Virus genome (UHGV): UHGV-0028991
DNA length: 64,000 nucleotides
Origin: a virus
Direction: 5' to 3' (one strand)
The notes beneath the pieces were generated by a model, which saw only the letters and a program-made list of their open reading frames with translations, was not told the origin of the DNA and searched no databases. A program made the translations under genes and the position numbers. Below, piece after piece: positions 1 to 10,462 of the stretch (position 1 is its first letter; every line of letters starts with the position of its first letter).

Positions 1-650
<650 letters not shown>

Positions 651-659
651 TATAACACC

Positions 660-821
660 TCAATCATCCAAATGCGCCTTTAACCACTCAATGATATATG
701 CATCGATTTTTGCCTTCTTGCCTTCGAGCGTATCATCAACATAATATGCTGGGTCGCAGCCCCATTTGATATATAATTCGTCAATTAAGCTCTGAATTGT
801 TGCGCGAACTATATCATTCAT
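660..821 (-). CDS. small hypothetical protein (53 aa), translationally coupled to the helicase gene
   Basis: ATG 819..821 overlaps the helicase stop codon (ATGA). Open frame MNDIVRATIQSLIDELYIKWGCDPAYYVDDTLEGKKAKIDAYIIEWLKAHLDD. The ORF is below the length cutoff of the supplied track. Confidence 0.35.
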   Translation of the reverse strand: MNDIVRATIQSLIDELYIKWGCDPAYYVDDTLEGKKAKIDAYIIEWLKAHLDD

Positions 822-2332
822 ACTTGTTTCCTCCCATCACATTCAATCAATAGCCCATGCAACCCCTCCACCTGATTGCCGTCCTTGTCCGTAGCAAACC
901 AATCATATGTTCTGCCCGTGCCATAATTGACCTGTTGATATATTTTAATATGTCGTGGGAACTTACTGTTTCTCCCCTTGAGAATATGCGTCACTGTGTT
1001 GCATATAGCGTTTTCATCAATTCCAAGGTTAGGATTGTCTTTAGCCATATTGAATAAATCAAGCTCGTCCTGCTTTGGCGGCAATATAACCATTGTTGCA
1101 TCAGTCTTGCGGATTTGCCCTTTAGACCCGGCTAAGCAAGCCTCGGTCGGATATTTCATTGTGTCCTCCATGCCATTTGTTTGCACAGAGGTCAAAACAG
1201 GAATATCGCACATTCGCTGTACTTGCTTCAGCCTATCCGTTAAAGCAAGCAATACCATATCTTCTCTCTGTGGAATTTTGGTCTCGCCCGCAATTTCACT
1301 TGCAACAAAGCCGTTATTCTGTATGTAGTCAAAACAGGCGAGCTTAATGCCGTGGATGTTTTTGTATTCTTTTATGGTTGAAACAATGCTTGTTGTAGTG
1401 AAGCACGGGTCGTCAACAATGTACAGTTTGCTATCAAGCAATATCTGCGCAGCTCGTTCAACCCGTTCTTCTTCGTCCCCGCAGTAATAGCCGTCCTTGA
1501 TTTTTCCCCTTGATACGCCACTTATCCAAGCAATAATAAGCGGGTCAAGCTCTTTCCGCAAGTCCATTTCGGTATTGATGAATAGTGCGGGACCCACAGC
1601 GGACTTATTAGGAACAAATTGCTTTAACTCATCGTCCCAATATTCTTTGCAACAGCATTTGCACACATCGCCCATAGACTGGACGGACTTGCCAAAGCCG
1701 CTTTTGCCCGCTCTTAAAATCAGTCCGCTTTGACCTCTGTATATGCTGTTCAAATACGGCGACTGAAAAGACGGTCCATAATCGGGCGATTCCTTGAATT
1801 TATTTTTTGTTGCAATGAAATCAGCGCCGGCAAGATACTCTTCTCTTTTTGCCCCGCACTTAAACTCCCTTGAAATTTTTTCAGCTTGTGACAGAAAGTG
1901 GCTTGAAATTTCTTCTTCTGTATATTTGCTTATATCCTGCTCAAACTTAGCCGTGTCAAATCCAGCATCTTTGAACGCATTGATTAAACTGCATTTGCGG
2001 ACGGTCGAATAATACAGGGCAAAATTGTTTATATCTGCAACCTTTGATACTGTCTCAATGAATGCCGACAAATTGTTTGAGTCGAACAACTCTTTTACTG
2101 CTTGATTGCCCCTACAGAGATTATAACATTCCATCGCAGATATGCTATTTGCTCCTCTTTGAGCAAGAGCGTGAATTGCTTGATATAGCCGCAGATGGAA
2201 TAATTGTTCAGAAAAATCTTTTTTGTTGAGCGGATATTTGTCATTCACAGAAAGGTTTGGGCGTTGAATTAAGCATCCCAACAACAACCTTGCCGCTGTA
2301 AAATCATACATTAGGCACCTCAGGCTTTTCAA
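818..2332 (-). CDS. DnaB-like replicative DNA helicase
   Basis: 504 aa. C-terminal RecA-like domain with GLILRAGKSGFGKS (Walker A-like) and ACFDYIQ (DnaB DYLQ-like) motifs. N-terminal DnaB-like helical region. Confidence 0.6.
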   Translation of the reverse strand: MKSLRCLMYDFTAARLLLGCLIQRPNLSVNDKYPLNKKDFSEQLFHLRLYQAIHALAQRGANSISAMECYNLCRGNQAVKELFDSNNLSAFIETVSKVADINNFALYYSTVRKCSLINAFKDAGFDTAKFEQDISKYTEEEISSHFLSQAEKISREFKCGAKREEYLAGADFIATKNKFKESPDYGPSFQSPYLNSIYRGQSGLILRAGKSGFGKSVQSMGDVCKCCCKEYWDDELKQFVPNKSAVGPALFINTEMDLRKELDPLIIAWISGVSRGKIKDGYYCGDEEERVERAAQILLDSKLYIVDDPCFTTTSIVSTIKEYKNIHGIKLACFDYIQNNGFVASEIAGETKIPQREDMVLLALTDRLKQVQRMCDIPVLTSVQTNGMEDTMKYPTEACLAGSKGQIRKTDATMVILPPKQDELDLFNMAKDNPNLGIDENAICNTVTHILKGRNSKFPRHIKIYQQVNYGTGRTYDWFATDKDGNQVEGLHGLLIECDGRKQV

Positions 2333-2702
2333 TGTGCGCCCATTTGTCTGTATTGTCTACAATGTAATTGCGGTCTGCGGTCCACCATACGGGGCATTCA
2401 AACTCCTCGAGCGTTTCATCGTCATTTGTATAATATGCAACCACGCAAGAGCCGTATTCGCCCGACTGCTCATCATAAAAGCAAACAAGCACCTCTTCAT
2501 CCGTGGGCGGAACATCGTCCTTTATACTGCGCCATGTCAGCAATTTAGCATTGCATCCAAATGCGTCCTTTTTTGTTTCAACATTGCAATCATCGTCGAA
2601 TTTATGAAACTGCCCCGTTACCCGGCATTTATATTGAGGCGGGTCAGTCGTATAGCACAGTCCGTCAGTATTCTCGCACAATCCGCATACCTTGTATTTC
2701 AT
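2304..2702 (-). CDS. hypothetical Cys-rich protein
   Basis: 132 aa ORF in a tightly packed minus-strand operon; several CxxC-like cysteine pairs. Confidence 0.4.
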   Translation of the reverse strand: MKYKVCGLCENTDGLCYTTDPPQYKCRVTGQFHKFDDDCNVETKKDAFGCNAKLLTWRSIKDDVPPTDEEVLVCFYDEQSGEYGSCVVAYYTNDDETLEEFECPVWWTADRNYIVDNTDKWAHIEKPEVPNV

Positions 2703-3175
2703 CTGAATACCTCCTCATTCGCATTGCTTTGTTGTATTTTTACGGCAGTATTGTCTGTTTGTTGCCAGCTTGATACTTGTTGTTTCATGCGCTGTTGCCA
2801 TTGATAGAAGTTCTTAGCTGCATCATAATACCACTGAACAAGTCCAAGCCCGTCTCCGTCAAGCTGCATTTTTTCATGTTCTCGCATATACCACAATGTA
2901 TAGTGAATGCCAGCAACCGTCATGCCGTCTTTGCACATACGCTGCACATTAGCCCCGAATTTGACCCATGCCGTATTTGGCGCATAGGACTGCACATAAT
3001 CCGTTAATTTCCGCATTGGGGATTTTTCTGCAACGGGCTTGCTTTTTTGTTCATGTGATAATTGCCATTCATTATAGCACTGCTCAGAGCACACATATAT
3101 TCTCGGCTTGATTTCAATTGCAGTAGATTTATCTACTTGTTTGCCACATTGACGGCATTTAACTTTGGATGGCAT
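2699..3175 (-). CDS. hypothetical zinc-ribbon protein
   Basis: 158 aa with N-terminal CRQCGK...CSEQC zinc-ribbon motif. ATGA overlap with the downstream gene. Confidence 0.4.
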   Translation of the reverse strand: MPSKVKCRQCGKQVDKSTAIEIKPRIYVCSEQCYNEWQLSHEQKSKPVAEKSPMRKLTDYVQSYAPNTAWVKFGANVQRMCKDGMTVAGIHYTLWYMREHEKMQLDGDGLGLVQWYYDAAKNFYQWQQRMKQQVSSWQQTDNTAVKIQQSNANEEVFR

Positions 3176-3247
3176 CTAAGTCCTCCCATTTATTTGTTGC
3201 CTGCATTATATCACATATCAAACAATTTGTCAACCCCTATTTTGGAA

Positions 3248-3886
3248 TTATTTTTCTTCCGAAATAATTTCATATTCAAGCAGATAATTATCAACTTGTG
3301 ATTCGGTGAAACATGAGTCAGTTTCCTCAACAGACTTGACCCATATTCCACCGTCATGCACAAGTACAGTATTGTCTTTTACTGTAAATCCGCAATTATA
3401 GCCGACAGATAACCGACATATTTTGTCGCTTATTCCCACGGGCTTTGGCAAATTAAATATTCTCGGTGAATCATAACAGATATTTAACAATCTATTATTG
3501 TCCACCCACTGCCCGTCAATTTGAATGTCTAATATGTCTTGTTGCGAGGTTGATTGCATAAGACGCATGTATTTGGCATTAAAATACACTGTATTGCTCC
3601 ATTCGTTGATATTCCCACCAACTATAACCCTGCTAATTTCATGCGCTCTACGGCAAAAAAAATAGGGTTTATCAACATTGTAAACAATGCCGTCAACTTT
3701 TGGATGCAGTTTAGGCAACATGTCAAGCGCCGCCTTGCATTCATCTGCATTCCATTTACGGCTGCTTGTCTGTGACGTTTGAATTATTTGCCCGTTTATA
3801 TCAAGCGTTGTTTTTATATTGATATGGGTAGAATAAATGCGGCAGACAAATTCTATTAGCTTTCCACAAGCAACAAATTTGTTCAT
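3248..3886 (-). CDS. hypothetical protein
   Basis: 212 aa ORF; no recognisable motif. Confidence 0.4.
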   Translation of the reverse strand: MNKFVACGKLIEFVCRIYSTHINIKTTLDINGQIIQTSQTSSRKWNADECKAALDMLPKLHPKVDGIVYNVDKPYFFCRRAHEISRVIVGGNINEWSNTVYFNAKYMRLMQSTSQQDILDIQIDGQWVDNNRLLNICYDSPRIFNLPKPVGISDKICRLSVGYNCGFTVKDNTVLVHDGGIWVKSVEETDSCFTESQVDNYLLEYEIISEEK

Positions 3887-3905
3887 ACCGCATTTACCCC
3901 TTTAT

Positions 3906-4340
3906 TTAGTTAAACGGTCTAAAGACCACAATCATAGACGGAAACGGCGCAGAATTCTTACTGTCTCCAAATTTAAGGCGACCTTTGATGAATCGAATTT
4001 CAACATTTGGTTTCTTGTAGATATAGTCATGAAACCACTTGGTATCAGTCCGTGCGGGTAAGAGCATTACAACCGTTGCATCAGCGGATGCGTGCCACGC
4101 TCTGTTTACCCAATTGCCTATCTCCCTACCATAAGGCGGATTACACCATATCGCACCATCGGCAATCCATGGCATTAGCAGCCCGTCTTGCTCTTTGGTG
4201 TAATACTTGTCACACTTGTGGTTGCTTTCGTTTGCACACACATCAAGTTCAAAGCGGAACTCTTTGTCTAATTCGTCAAACAAGTTCTGTGGCGTTGCCC
4301 ATTCATCTGTGGCAGAGGAAAACATTACTTCGGTTTTCAT
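3906..4340 (-). CDS. phage-type N6-adenine DNA methyltransferase (small Dam-like family)
   Basis: 144 aa. EWATPQNLFDEL and CNPPYGREIGNWVNRAW (motif IV NPPY) are typical of the compact phage N-6-adenine methyltransferase family. Confidence 0.65.
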   Translation of the reverse strand: MKTEVMFSSATDEWATPQNLFDELDKEFRFELDVCANESNHKCDKYYTKEQDGLLMPWIADGAIWCNPPYGREIGNWVNRAWHASADATVVMLLPARTDTKWFHDYIYKKPNVEIRFIKGRLKFGDSKNSAPFPSMIVVFRPFN

Positions 4341-4345
4341 GTGTT

Positions 4346-4957
4346 TCAGGCAAAAGGATTAGAATCGGAATCGTCAAACGGATTTGCTTCAGGAGCAGGC
4401 GTTGCTGTCTGAGCAGGAGAATCAGAGAACGGGTCTACGAAATTCTCTTCTTTCTTTGCATTTACAACCTTGCTCGGATCAAGTGTTTTAAGAGCAGGGA
4501 TGGTAAAGTCGCCTTTGCGAATAGAATCAACGGAACGAACGGATTCTACATATGTGCGGGTACGAAGCTTTCCCACACTATTGACAAACTCTTCTTCGCC
4601 CAACACTAATCCAACGATTTTCCCCTTTAATGACTTTTCGTCAAAATTCCACACATATCCAGAATTTGACTTTTCGACGGCAACCGTAAAGCCTTTAAGC
4701 ATCGGCAACGCCTTTTCTTTGTACGAGCGAATAAATGTGCCTGCGTTGGGCCATTTTTTGTCTTCTCTTGTATCGTTTTTGTATTCACTTGCAAAAAAAC
4801 CCTTATTGTCCCCTTCGCACACATCAAATGAAATTCTTAAATATTCCTTCTCTGGAACATCTGTAGCATCAAGCAACTTGACAATATAACCACCAGGTGC
4901 AAGCTTCTTAAACATGCCGCTTTCTTGAATTTTGTCGTACCCGCTAATTTTCTTCAT
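4346..4957 (-). CDS. hypothetical protein, DUF669-like; possible ssDNA-binding protein with acidic C-terminal tail
   Basis: 203 aa. Sits beside the AAA_24-like ATPase, as in many phage replication modules. C-terminus ...NPFDDSDSNPFA resembles an SSB acidic tail. Confidence 0.35.
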   Translation of the reverse strand: MKKISGYDKIQESGMFKKLAPGGYIVKLLDATDVPEKEYLRISFDVCEGDNKGFFASEYKNDTREDKKWPNAGTFIRSYKEKALPMLKGFTVAVEKSNSGYVWNFDEKSLKGKIVGLVLGEEEFVNSVGKLRTRTYVESVRSVDSIRKGDFTIPALKTLDPSKVVNAKKEENFVDPFSDSPAQTATPAPEANPFDDSDSNPFA

Positions 4958-5658
4958 AATACTTTACCTTTCTTTCTTTTTGTTTTACATGGCACTGAGA
5001 AAATTTCCTCAGGAGTCCATCCATTTTTAACCCTCGCTCGTATAGTTTCTTCTGCTATTCCTGTTCGTTTTGAGCACTCTGCAACGGACCATTTTCTTCC
5101 CATATATTGAATCCAAACATTAGAACTTCTGTTACAACATTGTTCTTGATGTGTCACCCATCTACAATTATCGTGACAATAATTTCCGTCGTTGTCTATG
5201 CGGTCAAGCTCAAGTCCTTCTTTATATCCATTCGCAATTGCCCAATCGCGAAATGGTTTATAATCCCTCCATTCAGAGGCAACGCCTATTCCTCTCCCGC
5301 CATATCTCCCATAGTCATGGTCGTGTGGGTTATTACACCTTTTTATCATTGCGCACCAGACATTATATAATTTGCTTTTTGATTCACCGTGCGTTTTATG
5401 GCATCTTTCCTTCTTTATGCATCCGCAGGATAATGTATTTCCGAATCGCAAACCAGTTCCATCTACGATAAACACCCGTGGATTGCCACATGCGCACATA
5501 CATTTCCATCGTACTTTTTTACTGTTTGTTTTTGCAGCTTCACAAATCACGATTATCCTACTGTCTGTAACTCCGTGCTCCCACATTTTCCATCCTGTCA
5601 TATCAATAAAGTTCGATGGATGACATCCCTTTTTCATATCTACATTCTCCTTACTCAA
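4954..5658 (-). CDS. HNH homing-type endonuclease
   Basis: 234 aa, Cys-rich. GRYGGRGIGV...LELDRIDNDGNYCHDNCRWVTHQEQ is an HNH_3-type signature. Confidence 0.6.
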   Translation of the reverse strand: MSKENVDMKKGCHPSNFIDMTGWKMWEHGVTDSRIIVICEAAKTNSKKVRWKCMCACGNPRVFIVDGTGLRFGNTLSCGCIKKERCHKTHGESKSKLYNVWCAMIKRCNNPHDHDYGRYGGRGIGVASEWRDYKPFRDWAIANGYKEGLELDRIDNDGNYCHDNCRWVTHQEQCCNRSSNVWIQYMGRKWSVAECSKRTGIAEETIRARVKNGWTPEEIFSVPCKTKRKKGKVL

Positions 5659-5779
5659 GAAAATTGTTTAGAGTGGGCAAGGCGGAGTAAGCACCTTGCC
5701 CCAAATAGAACAAGTTTGCAACCTCATTCTAACCTCTATTTATATTATATCACGAAAGCATCGAATTGTCAAGCGTTTA

Positions 5780-6412
5780 TTAAAAATCCTTCAGAGCATC
5801 AATTACAAGAGTAATGTCATTAGGAATTTCGTCGGTGTCAAATGCGCCCCGAGGCGTTTTTGCCGTACTGTTCTTTGCCCGTGTTTCAAATACATACTCG
5901 CCATTCTCGTTGATTCGGGATAGTAGCACAGTAGTCATCTTGCTTTCCAAGCAAATCTTGTTTAACTTGCGCCCATTAGTTAGCATACAAGTAAAACCGT
6001 CCTCGCTTGTTTGAGTATGCCCTACAAGAATGACCGTTAAATCATCGCGCATTTTGTTCGCATAGTCTACAATGCCATACACGCTCTGTGCAAGGTCCAT
6101 CCACTTGTCGTATGTCTTTTCTTTGGCTCTTCGCATTTCGTCCGCAACCATGCACCCATTGAGTGTGTCAATGACAAGGAATTTAATTTGTTTTTGCTTC
6201 TCATCAATTTGTTGCATCAAAGAAAAAATTTGCTCGGGCGCATCACATCGAAAATAATTCTTATTCTCCTTGTTGTACTGCGTTCGCCACCCTTTCCAAC
6301 TCAACCCCTTACCATCAGCGTCGATATAGAACGTTTGCTTAGGGTCAAGTTTTTCAAGACTGGTTGTTTTTCCAGAACCGCTTGCGCCAAGAATCATAAT
6401 TGCCCTACTCAT
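5780..6412 (-). CDS. AAA-family ATPase (phage AAA_24-like, recombination/replication associated)
   Basis: 210 aa. Walker A ILGASGSGKTT; Walker B-like FLVIDTLN. Confidence 0.6.
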   Translation of the reverse strand: MSRAIMILGASGSGKTTSLEKLDPKQTFYIDADGKGLSWKGWRTQYNKENKNYFRCDAPEQIFSLMQQIDEKQKQIKFLVIDTLNGCMVADEMRRAKEKTYDKWMDLAQSVYGIVDYANKMRDDLTVILVGHTQTSEDGFTCMLTNGRKLNKICLESKMTTVLLSRINENGEYVFETRAKNSTAKTPRGAFDTDEIPNDITLVIDALKDF

Positions 6413-6415
6413 ATC

Positions 6416-6781
6416 TTATTCGTCCTTCCTTTCCTTAATTCCTAAAAACAATGCCAGCTTGTCCATAAATTCGTCTGCCCTATCAGAATCAATAAAATGT
6501 CCGTATACAATACATTGATTGCCCTTTTCAACACATAAGCACGGCTTCTTTCTATCGGGGAATTGAAATGCGCCAACGCAAACATCTGAATTGTTAGTTA
6601 TCACCTTCGACATGATTATCTGCCTCCGAGCTGCATATGATTGTTTGTCCGAATCCGTTAGTGTATACAGTATTATCGCAAGAAATATGGCTTGGTTGTA
6701 AAGAAACAAACGGGCACATAGCATTTGTGAGCCTGCACAAGCCACAAGGCAAACGAGAAGCACAAGGTTTTGAATATGCAC
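6416..6781 (-). CDS. hypothetical protein
   Basis: 121 aa ORF directly downstream of the ATPase. Confidence 0.35.
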   Translation of the reverse strand: MHIQNLVLLVCLVACAGSQMLCARLFLYNQAIFLAIILYTLTDSDKQSYAARRQIIMSKVITNNSDVCVGAFQFPDRKKPCLCVEKGNQCIVYGHFIDSDRADEFMDKLALFLGIKERKDE

Positions 6782-6850
6782 CTGTGTTTGGCGCTGTTGT
6801 TATAGTATTTGGCAAGTATGTTTTTGTGTTGATTTCGTTAATATTCGTTG

Positions 6851-7111
6851 TCAAGGTTCACCAACCTCCTCATCTGTTTGATGCATTTTTGAGCCACAAT
6901 TGCAACAGTAAAGACCTGCATCGACAATTGAAACATTGCGTCCACATCTACTGCATACTTTACAATTAGCAGAGTTTTCATCATCTTTCCACTCAGCAAG
7001 CTCTAACCGTTTGAAATAAGCACTGTCATTGTCACTACAATCATTTAGCCCATCAATTGTTACGCCAATTACTTTGCCATGTTCGTAATTAACGCCGAGG
7101 ATTCTTTTCAT
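6851..7111 (-). CDS. hypothetical zinc-ribbon protein
   Basis: 86 aa with CKVCSRCGRN...CCNCGSK. Confidence 0.35.
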   Translation of the reverse strand: MKRILGVNYEHGKVIGVTIDGLNDCSDNDSAYFKRLELAEWKDDENSANCKVCSRCGRNVSIVDAGLYCCNCGSKMHQTDEEVGEP

Positions 7112-7365
7112 TGTTTATCTCCCTCCAATATTGGACGTCCACGCCAACAATAAGCCTCATCTGATGTGTAGTCTACCAGCCCATTGCCCATTGTTTCATG
7201 CACGGCGTGGCAGAAAATCGTGCCGCGATATCGGCAATCTTTACATCGCACCACAATCTCTGGAAAGGCACTACTGTCTCGCAGTCTCTTTGCCACAAAG
7301 GTCGCGCCACAGTTCTCAGCGAAAGCAGCAGCCGTATCAGCATCAATCAGTCTCATCGTTGTCAT
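7108..7365 (-). CDS. hypothetical Cys-rich protein (RCKDCxYRG family, paralog A)
   Basis: 85 aa. VVRCKDCRYRG...C...VDYTSDEAYCWRG motif shared with the next gene. Confidence 0.4.
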   Translation of the reverse strand: MTTMRLIDADTAAAFAENCGATFVAKRLRDSSAFPEIVVRCKDCRYRGTIFCHAVHETMGNGLVDYTSDEAYCWRGRPILEGDKQ

Positions 7366-7891
7366 CGCCCTTCATGTTTGTAATCGGGCAACCATTGTTA
7401 TCTGTGAGCACCGCCCAACGCTTCACTTCGTCCCAATGAATATAATCCATATCGCTTGCAGTTTCCCAACATTCAAGCATGGAATTATACTTAGCCACAA
7501 TATAATCTCCATCATTGTATGCATATAATTTGTCATTATCACGGCTTTTTACTTGCAAAATATGATATGCATATTTGTACGGCCAATCCGTTTCGTCAGG
7601 AATCCACATTCCATTTGATTCTTGTATGGGATGCCGCCAATTAAACTTCATAGGCTTAGGTTGTTTCTTTGAATATCCGCGATGGCAAAATCCTTCGTCC
7701 CGAGCAAAATCAACATATTCTCCACTTGGAACCAAATGAAACATCGGGCAATTATGGTCACCACGATATTCACAATCCTTACATCTTACAATTGATACAA
7801 TGTCTGGAACATTATTGAGCAAAATTTTTACTTCGGGGGAACAATCAAGAATTATGCCCTCAAGTGTTTTACGGTTAATATATTCAGCCAT
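7343..7891 (-). CDS. hypothetical Cys-rich protein (RCKDCxYRG family, paralog B)
   Basis: 182 aa. IVRCKDCEYRGDHNCPMFHLVPSGEYVDFARDEGFCHRG. Confidence 0.4.
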   Translation of the reverse strand: MAEYINRKTLEGIILDCSPEVKILLNNVPDIVSIVRCKDCEYRGDHNCPMFHLVPSGEYVDFARDEGFCHRGYSKKQPKPMKFNWRHPIQESNGMWIPDETDWPYKYAYHILQVKSRDNDKLYAYNDGDYIVAKYNSMLECWETASDMDYIHWDEVKRWAVLTDNNGCPITNMKGDDNDETD

Positions 7892-8202
7892 CAGTCATCA
7901 CCATCCATTCTTGTTCCGCAACAAGGACACCATTTGAAGTCTTGTGTGTCATTATCGCAATAATTCCACTGCGCCCCACATTTTGAACAGAACATATAAT
8001 CTTTGTTGTCAATCCATCTTCCATGTTTAACAATTGCAACATTAAGTGGCAATGCTTTACTTACTACACCTATGGCACTCTCAAAGCCAAAAGTATAACT
8101 AACATCCCAGCATTCAGTATCTTTGCATTCATATTTATCGTTAAGGTCTTTAAACAACGCATTTTTATCAATATATTCAGCCATTATTAGCCCTCCTCTC
8201 AC
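7891..8202 (-). CDS. hypothetical Cys-rich protein
   Basis: 103 aa with CSKCG...CPCCG. Confidence 0.35.
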   Translation of the reverse strand: MRGGLIMAEYIDKNALFKDLNDKYECKDTECWDVSYTFGFESAIGVVSKALPLNVAIVKHGRWIDNKDYMFCSKCGAQWNYCDNDTQDFKWCPCCGTRMDGDD

Positions 8203-8374
8203 TCACAGTAAACTCTGGCAATATCATCCATATACTAACAAACCGTAGTAGAGTATAGATACCCACGTTCAATGCGTATAGACTTCACGTTATATACCTG
8301 CGGATTCGTGAAAGACCCAAATTGCCTTTTCATATGTTCCTCAAACTCATCTTTGAAGATAATAGTTAGCTTCA

Positions 8375-8776
8375 TCATTCTACCTCCTGCATCCAAAACT
8401 TGCGGCGGCAATCAGCGCAAATGCCGCTTTCGATGCAGTATGCATTACTTTCGATGCAGTATGCATTACAAGCACCTCTATCATCTCTGTATTCTTTCTT
8501 TAACGCTGCGGGGCAAAGAACAAGCACGCCGGTGCTCTTATCTACTTTTGCCTCGGGGTACTGCTCCAAAAATACACTTTGTCTTGTTTTACGAGGATGT
8601 TCGGCAGACCATTTTTCAACAATGGCGACTTGTTCTTTGTTTTTTGCTAAAGACACCCCATTAGCAAGTATGCAATTCACAGCGATGCCGGACTTGTAAA
8701 AACAAGGGCATTTCGAACATGTTTCATAAAATCTGCACATCCTGTCTTTTTCTTCGAGAAATTTAACAGCATCCAT
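8375..8776 (-). CDS. hypothetical protein
   Basis: 133 aa ORF, Cys-rich. Confidence 0.35.
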   Translation of the reverse strand: MDAVKFLEEKDRMCRFYETCSKCPCFYKSGIAVNCILANGVSLAKNKEQVAIVEKWSAEHPRKTRQSVFLEQYPEAKVDKSTGVLVLCPAALKKEYRDDRGACNAYCIESNAYCIESGICADCRRKFWMQEVE

Positions 8777-9057
8777 TATTCAATCCTCTCATTCCACAAT
8801 TCAATTGCTTTTGCCTGCAGCTCTTCGTCAGTGGCAATTTTATTTCGATATGGCGCTGGAACATCATTTTCGCAATTGCCATAATCCCCAACAAGCCCGC
8901 TTGCAAGTCCACCTCTTGCATAGCACACTCCGCATCGCACAGAATATTTAACACGCTCTATATATTTGTCACCATATGAAAATGTATAAAAGCTGGCGTT
9001 CTTTACAAGCTTAACCTTTGGATTTCCACAGAAAGGGCAGGGCTTTATTTCTTGCAT
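8776..9057 (-). CDS. hypothetical zinc-ribbon protein
   Basis: 93 aa with CPFCGNPK...CGVCYARG. Confidence 0.35.
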   Translation of the reverse strand: MQEIKPCPFCGNPKVKLVKNASFYTFSYGDKYIERVKYSVRCGVCYARGGLASGLVGDYGNCENDVPAPYRNKIATDEELQAKAIELWNERIE

Positions 9058-9392
9058 TATTTTGCCTCCGTATTTTTACTCGGTTCTACAAACGGATCAT
9101 ACTCGCTCTCTTCCGCGCTGTTTGCCCATTTTACCCACGCAACTACTTTTTCTCGCAATTCATCATCGAGTAAAAATGGTTCTTGCACTAAAATGATGCG
9201 TGGATTTTTCTTCATAATGTTTGCGTTATCCACAACTTCTGAATATTCAACTGGATGTTGCAACATTTTTGAATACACTCTGTCCCATTGGTTTGAAGCC
9301 CTACGTGTGGCGCCTGCTTCTCTGAGTTCAAACTTTCTCTTTAGGTGAGGATTCAATTTAAGGTTGTAAACTTGAATATACCCAATCCTCAT
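9057..9392 (-). CDS. hypothetical protein
   Basis: 111 aa ORF. Confidence 0.35.
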   Translation of the reverse strand: MRIGYIQVYNLKLNPHLKRKFELREAGATRRASNQWDRVYSKMLQHPVEYSEVVDNANIMKKNPRIILVQEPFLLDDELREKVVAWVKWANSAEESEYDPFVEPSKNTEAK

Positions 9393-9623
9393 TTATTTAT
9401 CCACCTCCTTAATCACAATATTTTTATCTTTGTTCGGACACACACATTGTTCACTGCCTTCAAACACACAGTCCTCACATTTGCCAGTATTGTACCAACA
9501 GTCCTTGCATGATTTTGGAACGTCAAAGCCCATGTCTGTATACCAATCACATGATTGTGCTAATGCTTGTGGGCATTGTCCTGATATACATTCAAACGCA
9601 CAAAAGCCATAACAATGTTTCAT
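9393..9623 (-). CDS. hypothetical Cys-rich small protein
   Basis: 76 aa with many Cys. Confidence 0.3.
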   Translation of the reverse strand: MKHCYGFCAFECISGQCPQALAQSCDWYTDMGFDVPKSCKDCWYNTGKCEDCVFEGSEQCVCPNKDKNIVIKEVDK

Positions 9624-9649
9624 TTTATTCCTCCAACACCTTAAAACAT

Positions 9650-10345
9650 TTAATTTGAATTACGCCATTCACCAAAATATTTTTCTTCGGCTTCTTTACG
9701 AACTTTAACAGCGTCCTCTATATTAACATATGCTCCTAACGATATGCACTTCTTTCTAACTTGAATGTGTGCTTGCCATTTTTGTTTGCCTTTATACTCT
9801 GTACGTCTAACACCTGTATACCCACTTGTATTATTTTTATGAGTCTTTCGATTCATATTGTTTTCCCAGTTGTCGTATGGTCGTAAATTTTCCTTACGAT
9901 TATCATATCCATTGCCATTTTTATGGTCTATATACTTTCTCCCCATAATAAACCAATGCAACATTATCTCTTTGCCGTTTTGTCTGGAAGATATATACCC
10001 AGCGTTTGTCCGCCAACCCATATCTTTAATTTTTTCATAATCTTCTAAATCAAAATAGAATGGAGCGCCATCGTTTGTGGCAAATCCTATCCCATATTCT
10101 TTAGTTAAATCGTATTCGTTGTATTTTCTTTTTGTTTTGCGGTTAAACTCAGCCGTCGCTTCATGTCTTAAACAGCCACACGATTTAACTCTGCCACTCG
10201 TCAAATCGTGACCTTTAACTTCTTTTATGTTACCACAATCGCATATGCAACTCCAACAAGTACGTCCATCTTTATTGCTTTTAATTCTCTTCAGAACAAC
10301 AAGCTTGCCAAATCTTTGCCCAGTTAAATCTTTAACTTGACTCAT
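9650..10345 (-). CDS. HNH endonuclease with C-terminal AP2 DNA-binding domain (homing-type)
   Basis: 231 aa. HKNGNGYDNRKENLRPYDNWENNMNRKTH (HNH). GYTGVRRTEYKGKQKWQAHIQVRKKCISLGAYVNIEDAVKVRKEAEEKYFGE (AP2-like). Confidence 0.6.
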   Translation of the reverse strand: MSQVKDLTGQRFGKLVVLKRIKSNKDGRTCWSCICDCGNIKEVKGHDLTSGRVKSCGCLRHEATAEFNRKTKRKYNEYDLTKEYGIGFATNDGAPFYFDLEDYEKIKDMGWRTNAGYISSRQNGKEIMLHWFIMGRKYIDHKNGNGYDNRKENLRPYDNWENNMNRKTHKNNTSGYTGVRRTEYKGKQKWQAHIQVRKKCISLGAYVNIEDAVKVRKEAEEKYFGEWRNSN

Positions 10346-10462
10346 ATTGTATTCTCCTTACACAAGAAATATTAAAGTGGAGGGCCGGTGTAAGCAACCC
10401 TCCTAAATAGTAGAGATTAGCTACCTTCTATTAACCTTTATCTAATTATACCATATTTATTG

